Shown here piece by piece: positions 1-9,478 of a stretch of DNA of 50,756 nt. The notes under the pieces were generated by a model that was not told where the DNA came from, ran no database searches, and saw only the letters and a list, made by a program, of their open reading frames with translations. This DNA is from Minisyncoccia bacterium (lineage in GTDB: Bacteria; Patescibacteriota; Minisyncoccia; Phycocordibacterales; UBA5272), in the NCBI GenBank assembly GCA_039809325.1, contig JBDHUS010000003.1, forward strand, positions 1-50,756, written 5' to 3'. Every line of letters starts with the position of its first letter. Position 1 is the first letter of the stretch. The position numbers and the translations under genes were made by a program.

Positions 1-1
1 G

Positions 2-94
2 AGTATAGCTCTTGGAATGTGTGTGGGTATGAGTAAATATGGCTCTATAGCTCATAAATCGCGATTTAAGCAAGAATTTTTAGGCTTAGAGTAA
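2..94 (+). CDS. 3' end of a probable RodA/FtsW (SEDS) family protein, partial
   Basis: Open frame SIALGMCVGMSKYGSIAHKSRFKQEFLGLE* resembles the last TM helix and tail of RodA; only 30 codons visible. Confidence 0.45.
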   Translation, partial: SIALGMCVGMSKYGSIAHKSRFKQEFLGLE

Positions 95-118
95 AGTATG
101 TTAAAATGTTAATTATTT

Positions 119-1399
119 ATGGGAGAAAAGATTAAAAAGTATACAATAAAGTCAAAATTATTTGTGAAAAGTAAATTTGAAAAAGAAGATGGTGCTGGAT
201 GGCTCTTACTTCAGCAGATTATTATAGCTCCAATGTCGCTTTTGACTACTGTATTACTTGCAAAAGTCCTTTCAATAGAAACATATGGATATTATAAATA
301 TATTCTTTCTATATATGGAGTTATTTCTATTTTCAGTTTGTCTGGATTTTATTCTATTTCATTTTTAAATGTGCAAAGGGGGCAAGATGAATTTTTTAAT
401 ATTGGATTTAAATATAGAAAGCTTTTAAGATGGATACCTGCTATCATTACACTATTTCTATCTTTATACTATTTTTATAATAATAATAATTTTCTTGGAT
501 TATTATTTTTAATAACTATATTTTCACATCTTTTTGTAGATCTATATGATTTATATCTCATAGCCACAAATGGAAAAGGCGATTTTAAATTAAATGCAAA
601 GCTTGCTATTTTGAGTTATTTTGTATCATTTTTTCCTTCTATATTTGTAGCATATTTCATTTCTCAAAATCTATATCTGGTATTTGGGACAATGTTTTTC
701 TTCCAATTTTTGTTTAGATATTTTGCATTTCAATATGTAAAGAAAAAGTATAATTTTCATTCTAATAAAGACTTTATTTTAGATATAAAAAAGAAAAAGG
801 AATTCGAAAGAGAATCTCTCTCACTTTCTTTAAATAATGCCCTTGCTGGAATAAATGGCAATGCTAGCAATGCTATAGTCTTTAATAGGCTCGGTGCAGA
901 GGCGACAGCAATATATTCACTTGCTATCACTTTTGCTGACTTTATTTATGGTATTATTTCTGCTCCTCTTTCAAAGACATTACTTATATTATCAAAAATG
1001 ACAAGGGATGGAGTAGCAAATATAGAAAAGATAAAATTAATAAAAAGTATGTCAAAAAATTATTTCTGGCTGGCATTTCTCGGCATGGTGCTTTGTATGA
1101 TATTTTTACCATTTGTTTATAAATTTTTATTTGCAAAATATCTCTTTTCATACAAATATGCAGTAGTCTATTCACTCTCAATTCTCGCTGTAGCACTATA
1201 TCCAGCATTTCAATATTTTTATGAAGCTAGAAATATTAAATTATTAAATACAGTACAAATCATTACATTAATTATAGGTCTTACTGCATTATTCTTTTCT
1301 TCTTGGCATTTTGGTCTTTGGGGTGCTATAATAGTGGCAATGATAATGCGATTTGGGAATAATGTAACTTGTTTATTATTTTTAAATAAAGAAAAGTAG
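119..1399 (+). CDS. wzx: Wzx-type oligosaccharide flippase
   Basis: 426 aa, many TM segments, N-terminal LLAKVLSIETYGYY typical of polysaccharide flippases; heads a glycosyltransferase cluster. Confidence 0.8.
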   Translation: MGEKIKKYTIKSKLFVKSKFEKEDGAGWLLLQQIIIAPMSLLTTVLLAKVLSIETYGYYKYILSIYGVISIFSLSGFYSISFLNVQRGQDEFFNIGFKYRKLLRWIPAIITLFLSLYYFYNNNNFLGLLFLITIFSHLFVDLYDLYLIATNGKGDFKLNAKLAILSYFVSFFPSIFVAYFISQNLYLVFGTMFFFQFLFRYFAFQYVKKKYNFHSNKDFILDIKKKKEFERESLSLSLNNALAGINGNASNAIVFNRLGAEATAIYSLAITFADFIYGIISAPLSKTLLILSKMTRDGVANIEKIKLIKSMSKNYFWLAFLGMVLCMIFLPFVYKFLFAKYLFSYKYAVVYSLSILAVALYPAFQYFYEARNIKLLNTVQIITLIIGLTALFFSSWHFGLWGAIIVAMIMRFGNNVTCLLFLNKEK

Positions 1400-1405
1400 A
1401 ATATT

Positions 1406-2413
1406 TTATATTTTTTTTATTATTTTATTTTTTAAATATTTGATTAGTTTTGGCCAAATATAAATATAAGTTTGTTTTAAAGATAATGCTGTCCAAGGAA
1501 TCTTTTTTCTAGTTCTTACTTTTTCTAGTTTATTTTCAAAAATAAGACTTCTATTTTCTTGATATTCTATCTGATTTTTTTTTAAAATATCCGTTAAATA
1601 TTTGGTTAGAGAAAGCTCGGTTGCTTTTTTATAATTATTCTCAATAGCCTCTAGATTATTTTCAAAAGCTTTATTTTTGATTGTTTCTTTAATGATTTTT
1701 AGAGCCTGTTCCGGATATTTAATATCAATTTTTACTATAGATCTATTATCAAAATAATCATAGATATTTTCACAACCATAATAAAATATAAAGCATTTCA
1801 TACGCATAGCATCAGTTAGTTTTTCTGACCAATGATCTTTAGCTAAAGTATTTTCTAAAACTATAGTATATTTATAATTAAATAGACCATCTTCCATAGG
1901 AATTAATTTCTTAAAACCAAAGATATCTATACTTGATTTTATCTTTTTTAAATATTTTACAAATCTAAATCTATATGGATGAGTAGCATAAAAGAAATGA
2001 TCAGTCGTAAGCAATGAGATCTCTTTAGTTTTAATCGTTACTGAAGTGCTCGCCTCAGATATTTTAGTTTTATCTTTAATCCAAGTCTGAAAACATATAG
2101 GGGTCAGAGCTTTAATAATTTTAGTTTTTAAATTTTTATATCTATAATCTTTATTGGTTAGAAAATATCCAAATTGGTTAATGTACTCATTTTTAAAAAT
2201 CCTTATATCTCCTATTTCCGTATCCCAGAGAATAACATTATTTTTAGAATGATTTAATATCGGGTTTTCTTGATCAATATAATCGACAACCACTACTAAG
2301 TCGTTATTTTTAACTTTTGTATTAAAAACTATATTAGAGTTTATATTATTTTTTATATTGTTTAGATGATTTATATTTCTAAAATAAGGAGTATTAATAT
2401 TTATAAATTTCAT
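1406..2413 (-). CDS. Glycosyltransferase family 10 (alpha-1,3/4-fucosyltransferase-like)
   Basis: YKYTIVLENT..KDHWSEKLTDA...FIFYYG matches the GT10 YKF.LAFEN....Y.TEK..A...P.Y.G motif. Confidence 0.8.
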   Translation of the reverse strand: MKFININTPYFRNINHLNNIKNNINSNIVFNTKVKNNDLVVVVDYIDQENPILNHSKNNVILWDTEIGDIRIFKNEYINQFGYFLTNKDYRYKNLKTKIIKALTPICFQTWIKDKTKISEASTSVTIKTKEISLLTTDHFFYATHPYRFRFVKYLKKIKSSIDIFGFKKLIPMEDGLFNYKYTIVLENTLAKDHWSEKLTDAMRMKCFIFYYGCENIYDYFDNRSIVKIDIKYPEQALKIIKETIKNKAFENNLEAIENNYKKATELSLTKYLTDILKKNQIEYQENRSLIFENKLEKVRTRKKIPWTALSLKQTYIYIWPKLIKYLKNKIIKKI

Positions 2414-2415
2414 TA

Positions 2416-2445
2416 ATATATTATAGCATTTATGCTATAATATAT
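2416..2445. promoter_or_regulatory. Back-to-back extended -10 promoters (TGCTATAAT on each strand)
   Basis: ATATATTATAGCAT-TT-ATGCTATAATATAT inverted repeat in the 40-bp gap between divergent genes. Confidence 0.7.
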
Positions 2446-2453
2446 AAAATTAT

Positions 2454-3266
2454 ATGAATTTTCAATATAAAGTCATATTAATTAATCTGGATAAAGATAG
2501 AGATAGGTTAAATTTTATGGAAAATCAGCTACATAAGTTAGGTATAAAATTTGACAGATTTTCTGCAATTCATGGTAAGAATCATTTGATGAATAATTTT
2601 AAAATTTACAATCCTCAATTAAGTATTGAAAAATTTGGTAGAGAATTAACGGCTGGAGAATTTGGATGTGCTCTATCTCATAATATTTGTTATAAAAACT
2701 TTTTAGAAAAAGAAGAGTATAAGGATACAAAATATTTATTAATTTTAGAGGATGATATTATTCTGGATAAAGATTTTAAAAATATTTTAGAGAGAGAGAT
2801 AGATAAAAATGAAAATAAACCTAAATGGGATTATTTACAATTTAACTACTATGATATTTATAAAATAAGTCTAATTTTTTCTTTGTTTATTAAAAAATTT
2901 AAATGGAATTATGTTATTTTTTCTAAAACTAAAAATTTAAAATTAAAAGTTATAAATTTCTTTAAAATTTTTATTTCTCCCTTTTTTTCACTTTTTACAG
3001 ATATTAGAATGTATTTTTTATCTAAAAAAGGTGGAATATATAAACCTTTTCCTAAAAATTTAGTTTTAACTGGTGCTTATATTATTAAAAAAGAAATAGC
3101 TATTGATTTATATAATATTAATAAAAATATAATTTATCCTGCTGATATCGTCACTTCAGTAGAAATATGTAAATATAAAAAGTATAAATTTGGATTTTAT
3201 ACTCCTTTAATAGCTAAACAGAGAGAAGACATATTATCCAGTATAGATAGTATGGGTAAAAGATAA
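2454..3266 (+). CDS. Glycosyltransferase family 25 (Lex2B/LgtB-like)
   Basis: INLDKDRDRL, RFSAIHG, GEFGCALSH and LILEDD motifs. Confidence 0.9.
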   Translation: MNFQYKVILINLDKDRDRLNFMENQLHKLGIKFDRFSAIHGKNHLMNNFKIYNPQLSIEKFGRELTAGEFGCALSHNICYKNFLEKEEYKDTKYLLILEDDIILDKDFKNILEREIDKNENKPKWDYLQFNYYDIYKISLIFSLFIKKFKWNYVIFSKTKNLKLKVINFFKIFISPFFSLFTDIRMYFLSKKGGIYKPFPKNLVLTGAYIIKKEIAIDLYNINKNIIYPADIVTSVEICKYKKYKFGFYTPLIAKQREDILSSIDSMGKR

Positions 3267-3293
3267 AGTAAATATTATTAGTAAAGATATATT

Positions 3294-4442
3294 ATGCCAA
3301 CTTATTTTAAAAATTTTAACAGCCTTAGATTTTATGCTTTTCTATCAGTATTTATAGGACATGTTTTTACGGGATTCCATTTAAATAGGTCTTGGGCAAT
3401 ATGGTTTTCAAATCATTTTGATTTGGCTTATTATGGGGTTATCTTTTTCTTTGTATTATCTGGATTTTTAATAACTAGTATTTTATTGAAACAAAAAAAA
3501 GATTTTGATAATATAAATATAAAAAATTTTTATATAAAAAGAATACGAAGAATTTGGCCAATATATTTTATAGTATTAATAGTTGGTTTTTTCTCAGTTC
3601 CTTGTATTATATTTATAGCAGATAGATTGGGATTAAACTTAAACTCATTAAGTGGAAATAATTTTAATGCTATACCTTGGTTTTTATTTTTTGTAGGTAA
3701 TTTATATATTTCATATTTTGGTTTTTTTACTCCCATAATTGGTGTTTTATGGTCAGTAGCTATAGAAGAACAATTCTATATATTGTGGCCATGGTTTGTA
3801 AAGTATATAAATAATGCAATACTTGTTGTAGGATTTTTATCTGCAAGTTTTTTATTTTCTATATGGTTTAGATATTTTAACTATGGGACTTTATCTGAAC
3901 ATTTACATACTTTAGCTTGTTTAGGGTCATTAGGGGTTGGTTGTTTAGGAGCATATCTTACTTTTTATAATCAGAAAATATTGAACTTTTTTATTAATTT
4001 TAAAAAGACTTATTCTTTTATTATTTATTTTTTAACAACTATCTTATTTATAGGTATATGTCTCAAAAAAGAATTGCATTTAGATAATGCTTTAGGTATG
4101 TCGTCTATTTATGCTTTTTTGACTATATTATTTGTAATATTTATCCTTGAACAAGGATTAGCTACAAAACCTTTAATATCTTTTGGAAAAAATAAAATAA
4201 CAGAATATCTAGGTAAAATATCTTATGGATTATATGCTTATCATATGGTAGCCTTTACTATTATTATTACATTGATGAAAATAGCACATATAATAATTGG
4301 AGAGGATGTATTATTATATATAAGTTCTATTACTTTAGTTTTCATAATAACGGTTATAATCTCTCATTTATCATATAAATACATTGAACTTCCTATTATG
4401 ACGAAGAATAGATTATTATCTAAAAATAAGTTATTATTATAA
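3294..4442 (+). CDS. OafA/YrhL-like membrane O-acyltransferase (acyltransferase 3)
   Basis: NSLRFYA, GVIFFFVLSGFLIT, RIRRIWP, LWSVAIEEQFY, LGKISYGLY and SYKYIELP motifs. Confidence 0.92.
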   Translation: MPTYFKNFNSLRFYAFLSVFIGHVFTGFHLNRSWAIWFSNHFDLAYYGVIFFFVLSGFLITSILLKQKKDFDNINIKNFYIKRIRRIWPIYFIVLIVGFFSVPCIIFIADRLGLNLNSLSGNNFNAIPWFLFFVGNLYISYFGFFTPIIGVLWSVAIEEQFYILWPWFVKYINNAILVVGFLSASFLFSIWFRYFNYGTLSEHLHTLACLGSLGVGCLGAYLTFYNQKILNFFINFKKTYSFIIYFLTTILFIGICLKKELHLDNALGMSSIYAFLTILFVIFILEQGLATKPLISFGKNKITEYLGKISYGLYAYHMVAFTIIITLMKIAHIIIGEDVLLYISSITLVFIITVIISHLSYKYIELPIMTKNRLLSKNKLLL

Positions 4443-4500
4443 ATACATGAAGGATTTTAAAAACAAACTAGATAAATTATTATAATATCCTTAATATCCT

Positions 4501-5068
4501 ATGAAAAAAGATCTTAAAAGTTACAAAAAACACAATAAGCAATATTATACAGAACATAATTCTTATGAAAATACTCTAAGAATAATTGAAGAGTATAACA
4601 AGGAAAATGTTTTTAGAAAGTTAGGTTTTAAGTTAGCTATAAAATTATCTAAAGATCTTCCATCTACTCATGTAGATATATCGGCTCTGGGACTGGCTGG
4701 CTTTTAAGAAAAACATCTCCGATTTTTGAGAAAGTTATCGCTGTGGAACCTTCCGAGAAAGCTTTAAAAATCTCTAGAAAAATAAATAAAGATAATCAGA
4801 ACATATTTTAGATAGTAATATTAATTTTCCATTGTGGCACATTAGAAATAAATCTTGGAGGATTAAAAATCTATCAAACTAGCAACTCATTTTTCTTAAT
4901 TTAGAAATGGCTGGATATGCTAGTGGAGTTTTTGGGATAAAGGTTGAGCGAGAGAAACTAGTAACTCAATATAAATATGACTTTTTTACTAAAATTGTTT
5001 GGAAGATAAATTTTGTATATAATATAATTATTAAGATATTAAATAAGATATGGAAGATAAAAAAATAA
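4501..5068 (+). pseudogene. Decayed class I SAM-dependent methyltransferase
   Basis: Motif I HVDI/GSGTGW is split by an extra AT near 4678-4682; shifted frame continues KVIAVEPSEKAL to TAG at 4809; a third frame reads WHIRNKSWRIKNLSN*QLIFLNLE with TAG at 4880 and ends at 5068. Confidence 0.75.
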
Positions 5069-6243
5069 AGATAGCTTTTATAAAATATGGGGGACTTGCT
5101 TCTTCAGGAACTGAGAAATTTTTACAAAATATAGCTATTTTATTACCTAAAGATAAATTTGAAGTGGATTATTATTATTGTGATGCTACACCATATATTG
5201 GTTCAGATTTTAAACACCCCACTACAGATATTCTTAATATAGAACCAATGAAAAAAGCTGGAGTTAATTTAATAAAATTTGAAGTTGAAAAAATAGATGC
5301 TAGAAAAAGAAGTCTGCCTTGGATAAATACTAATTTTTTTAAGATATTTAAAAATGATTATGATCTTATTCAAACTGGAAAAGCAGGAAATCCAGTTTAT
5401 CCATTTACTAAAATAAGAAATATTCCAATTATCGATTCTATTCATATTATGGGTGGAATAGACAATCAATATAATATTTCACGAGTTATGCATATCACAA
5501 AATGGAGTAGGGATAGATGGATTTTTAAAGGTGGTGATAAAAATAGAGCAGTGTTAGTTTCACATCCTATGATAATAGATGAAAAAGATAGTCACTCCAT
5601 GAAAAAGGATATTGGGTTGGAAAATAAGTTAGTATTTGGTTTTCACCAAAGAGATGATGATGGTATATTCTCTCCAATACCTCTTGAGTCTTATAAAGAT
5701 ATAGAAAGTGAAGGGACACATTTTATAATTTTAGGTGGTTCTAAATTATATCGAGAGCAGGCCAAAGATCTAGGTATTAAAAATATAACTTTTTTAGATC
5801 ACACGGGAGATAAGGTAAAAATTTATTCATTTCTAAAGACTTTAGACGTTTATGCTCATGGTCGTCGTGATGGAGAAATAAACTCAACCGCTATGGCCGA
5901 GGCTATGTATTTTGGTAAGCCGATCATCAGTCACACTTCAGATATTCATAATGGTCATATTGAATGTATTGGAGAAGGTGGGTTGGTGGTTAATAATTTG
6001 TCTGAGTATATTAAAGGGTTAAAATCCTTTTTTAACCCAGATTTTCTAAAAGAGAAATCTAGATTAGCTAAGGAGCAATTTGAAAAATTATATAATTCAA
6101 AAAAACAAATTGAAAATATTATAAATATATATAATGATGCTTTAAATAATCCTTATCCAAATAAATTTAAAAGATATATCTCACAGTTTCGAATTAGATT
6201 TTATATATTTAAAATTTTACAAAAACTAGGAATTTATAAATAA
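5050..6243 (+). CDS. Glycosyltransferase family 4 (GT-B)
   Basis: SGTEKF N-terminal loop and LDVYAHGRRDGEINSTAMAEAMYFGKPII (EX7E motif). Confidence 0.88.
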   Translation: MEDKKIKIAFIKYGGLASSGTEKFLQNIAILLPKDKFEVDYYYCDATPYIGSDFKHPTTDILNIEPMKKAGVNLIKFEVEKIDARKRSLPWINTNFFKIFKNDYDLIQTGKAGNPVYPFTKIRNIPIIDSIHIMGGIDNQYNISRVMHITKWSRDRWIFKGGDKNRAVLVSHPMIIDEKDSHSMKKDIGLENKLVFGFHQRDDDGIFSPIPLESYKDIESEGTHFIILGGSKLYREQAKDLGIKNITFLDHTGDKVKIYSFLKTLDVYAHGRRDGEINSTAMAEAMYFGKPIISHTSDIHNGHIECIGEGGLVVNNLSEYIKGLKSFFNPDFLKEKSRLAKEQFEKLYNSKKQIENIINIYNDALNNPYPNKFKRYISQFRIRFYIFKILQKLGIYK

Positions 6244-6246
6244 AAT

Positions 6247-7143
6247 ATGATCTCTATTCATACTTATACAAGCAATATCTTTAAAAAAGAGTTTTGGAAA
6301 TATACTCTCAAAAAAATAATTGGGAAATATTCTGGCCCAGATGCGGTTCGTGATAGTTTACTTCGTGGACTAGAGGAGCTAGAAATTCCATATGAATTAA
6401 ATGCTAAAAATCCAAAATACAAATATATTTGTGTCTTATCTGGAGTTGAAGTTTTAAGAGAGAGAATTAAATGCAAAAAAGAAGATCAGACAATTATCGC
6501 TGGTCCTAATCTAGTTATTACCCCAAATGATCATAATAGTCTCATCTTAAATAATAAAATTAATTTAGTTATAACTCCATCTAAATGGGTAGCTGATTTT
6601 TATTTAACTCTTGCTCCTGAGCTTAAGTCAAAAATAAAAGAATGGCCAGCCGGTGTAAAAATTCCTAAAATAGAAACTGATAGGTCGGGTAAAGTTTTAC
6701 TTTATAAAAAAGATATATCAAACGAAATATATTCAAAAGTTAAAGATATTTTAGATAAGTTAAAGATAAATTATGAAGTTTTAGAATATGAAAAATTTTC
6801 ACATAAGGAATATTTAAACAAATTGAAGAATACCCCGTATATAATTTATCTCCAAGCTTCTGAAAGCCAAGGACTCGCCCTACAGGAAGCTTGGAGTTAT
6901 AATGTCCCAACACTTGTTTATCAGAATGAGAAAATGGTCTATAAAGGATATACTATAGAAGCCGAGAAATTATCAGCCCCATATTTAACGAATGAAGCCG
7001 GACAATTTTTCACTCTAGATAATTTGAAAGAGATTTTAAGCAATTTAAATTTAAATAATTTTGATCCTAAAAGATATTGTGAAGATAATTTGTCAGACAA
7101 GAAGTCAACTCAAAAATATCTTGCTATAATAAGAAATATATGA
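6247..7143 (+). CDS. GT-B fold glycosyltransferase-like protein
   Basis: ESQGLALQEAWSYNVPTLV EX7E motif; inside the glycan operon. Confidence 0.7.
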   Translation: MISIHTYTSNIFKKEFWKYTLKKIIGKYSGPDAVRDSLLRGLEELEIPYELNAKNPKYKYICVLSGVEVLRERIKCKKEDQTIIAGPNLVITPNDHNSLILNNKINLVITPSKWVADFYLTLAPELKSKIKEWPAGVKIPKIETDRSGKVLLYKKDISNEIYSKVKDILDKLKINYEVLEYEKFSHKEYLNKLKNTPYIIYLQASESQGLALQEAWSYNVPTLVYQNEKMVYKGYTIEAEKLSAPYLTNEAGQFFTLDNLKEILSNLNLNNFDPKRYCEDNLSDKKSTQKYLAIIRNI

Positions 7144-7868
7144 AAAAGCTAATTAAGGGTGTGTTTAAAATACTATTGACTCCGTTTATTTTGAGTGATT
7201 ATTTTGAATTTAAAAAGTTTTACAAAGGTGAGCGATTTCCATTAAGTTGGAGGAATTTTAATCCGCAGATCTTAGACAAAACTTTAAAAACTAATTTTGA
7301 TAGACACTATATTTACCACACTTCCTGGGCAGCCAGAAAAGTGAAAGAAATAAATCCTGTTAAACATATAGATATTTCTTCTAGTTTATACTTTGCAGGA
7401 ATAGTTTCCGCTTTTATAGATATAGATTTTTATGACTATAGACCAGCAGATTTGCAATTAAGTGGGCTTAGGAGTTTAGAAGGGAATTTGCATAGTCTTC
7501 CTTTTGAATCTGGTTCTATTAATTCAATCTCATGTATGCATACCATAGAACATGTGGGACTAGGTAGATATGGAGATCCGATTGATAGTGAAGGAGATTT
7601 AAAAGCAATAGAAGAGTTAAAAAGAGTGGTAAAACATGGTGGTAATATTCTTTTCGTGACACCAGTCGGTAAACCAAAAATAGAATTTAATGCACACAGA
7701 ATATACTCATATGAACAGATAATTTCTTACTTTGAAGGATTTGGATTAAAAGAATTTTCTTTAATTCCAGAGAATTCTGAAAAAGGGGGAATTATAATAG
7801 ATGCTGACCCAAAATTAGTAAAAGAAGAAAATTACGCATGTGGTTGTTTTTGGTTTGTGAAAAAATAA
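7140..7868 (+). CDS. DUF268-family SAM-dependent methyltransferase-like protein
   Basis: SCMHTIEHVGLGRYGDPID..GDLKAIEELKRVVK.GG and FNAHRIY; ATGA overlap with the upstream gene. Confidence 0.8.
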   Translation: MKKLIKGVFKILLTPFILSDYFEFKKFYKGERFPLSWRNFNPQILDKTLKTNFDRHYIYHTSWAARKVKEINPVKHIDISSSLYFAGIVSAFIDIDFYDYRPADLQLSGLRSLEGNLHSLPFESGSINSISCMHTIEHVGLGRYGDPIDSEGDLKAIEELKRVVKHGGNILFVTPVGKPKIEFNAHRIYSYEQIISYFEGFGLKEFSLIPENSEKGGIIIDADPKLVKEENYACGCFWFVKK

Positions 7869-7872
7869 TTTT

Positions 7873-8769
7873 ATGATCAAAGTTAAAATCCAAGCTGGAC
7901 TTGGGAATCAAATGTTTCAATATGCTCTAGCTAGATCTATAAAAGAAAAAACTAATAAAGAAGTAGTCTTGGACTTGTCTTTTTATACCGATAGCGGGGT
8001 TGCTACTGGAGACACAGTAAGAGGTTTCGATTTGGATAAATTTAATATAGATAATACTTTAAAATTTGACTACAGTTCTACACCAAAAAAGATTTCTATT
8101 TTTGAAAAAATAAAAAGAAGACTATTAAATGAATCAGCATTTGTCTTTTATAAAAAGTATTTAAATCCTAAAGAAAATAGTTACTTAATAGGTTTTTGGC
8201 AATCAGAGAAATATTTTAAAAGTATAGAGTATATAATTAGAAAAGAATTTACCCTTAAAAATAAAATAGAAGACAGGGAGTATGATGATGAATCAAAAAA
8301 TATTTTAGAAGAAATAGAGAATTCTTCCATATCTATTTCTATAAATGTGCGTAGGGGGGACTATGCTACAAATCAAAAAGTTCGTAGACATCACGGACTT
8401 ATTTCAAAAGAATATTATACTGATGCTATAAATTTTATCTTAAATAAACTGAATATAGATAAAAATTTAATAAATTTTTTTATTTTTTCCGATGATATTG
8501 AGTGGTGTAAAGATAATTTTAAAGATTTAGAAAATTCTTTAAAGATATTTTATGTATCAAAAGATATTTCTGCCACAGATACTTTGTATTTGATTAGTAA
8601 ATGCAGTCACAATATTATAGTAAATTCTTCTTTTTCTTGGTGGGGAGCTTGGCTTAATGAAAATAAAGATAAAATTGTTATAACTCCAAAACATTGGATG
8701 AGAGTAAAAATGGATATTAGAGATGTTGTTCCGGAAGAATGGATAAAATTAGAAAATGGATTTTATTAG
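7873..8769 (+). CDS. Glycosyltransferase family 11 (alpha-1,2-fucosyltransferase)
   Basis: GLGNQMFQYA, GFWQSEKYF, NVRRGDY, FSDDIEWC and NSSFSWWGAWL motifs. Confidence 0.93.
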   Translation: MIKVKIQAGLGNQMFQYALARSIKEKTNKEVVLDLSFYTDSGVATGDTVRGFDLDKFNIDNTLKFDYSSTPKKISIFEKIKRRLLNESAFVFYKKYLNPKENSYLIGFWQSEKYFKSIEYIIRKEFTLKNKIEDREYDDESKNILEEIENSSISISINVRRGDYATNQKVRRHHGLISKEYYTDAINFILNKLNIDKNLINFFIFSDDIEWCKDNFKDLENSLKIFYVSKDISATDTLYLISKCSHNIIVNSSFSWWGAWLNENKDKIVITPKHWMRVKMDIRDVVPEEWIKLENGFY

Positions 8770-9474
8770 TCTATAAGTAGATATAATTCTAACTCTCATA
8801 GCTGCTAGTTTCATTTTTGTTTTTGTAAAAAAAGCAGACCTGCTTGAACTATTTTGATGTATCCTATATTTTACTAAGTATTTATTTATATTTATAGATT
8901 TATTTTTATGAATATATTTTGTTATAAATTCGTAGTCTTCACACAATCTCATTTTAGGATTGAAGAGTTTATCGTTTTTTAGTATATCTTTTTTTATTAT
9001 TAAAGAAGATGTTATAAAAGGATTCTTATAAGAAGAAGATATTTTTATTTTTCTATTAGATAAAGGAGGGTATGTAAAATATCCAATATTAGTGTTATTT
9101 TGATCAATAACTTCTGCCCATGTTCCACAAATTTTTAATTTAGTATCTTTTAAAAAGAAGTCAATTTGAGTTTCTAATTTATTTGTTGTCCAGATGTCAT
9201 CCGCATCAATAAAAGATACATATCTTCCAACCGAAGAAAGGATACCCGTATTTCTACTGGTTGATACACCCCTATTTTCTTGGTTTATTATTTTTATTCT
9301 ATTATCTTTTTCTTTATATTCACTTATTATGTTTAAGGAAGAATCGGTTGAGCCGTCATTTACTATGATAAATTCAAAGTCTTTGTATGTTTGATTTAAA
9401 ACACTTTCAATAGAATCTTTTAAAAATTTTTCTGCATTATATACTGGCATTATTACAGAGATTTTAGAGTTCAT
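8749..9474 (-). CDS. Glycosyltransferase family 2
   Basis: ISVIMPVYNAE, VNDGSTD, FIDADD and ED motifs. Confidence 0.93.
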   Translation of the reverse strand: MNSKISVIMPVYNAEKFLKDSIESVLNQTYKDFEFIIVNDGSTDSSLNIISEYKEKDNRIKIINQENRGVSTSRNTGILSSVGRYVSFIDADDIWTTNKLETQIDFFLKDTKLKICGTWAEVIDQNNTNIGYFTYPPLSNRKIKISSSYKNPFITSSLIIKKDILKNDKLFNPKMRLCEDYEFITKYIHKNKSININKYLVKYRIHQNSSSRSAFFTKTKMKLAAMRVRIISTYRLIKSIF

Positions 9475-9478
9475 ACTT

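Noticed and set aside
4673-4682. Phase-variable (AT)n switch in the methyltransferase
   Set aside because: The repeat is only three units, and downstream stops plus an apparent deletion would keep the gene broken.
4809-4882. Stop-codon reassignment (in-frame TAG here and at 28374, TGA near 22670; code 25)
   Set aside because: TAG ends rpsK, murD and rplI, TGA ends the gene at 7143, core genes have no internal stops, and these regions carry other lesions.
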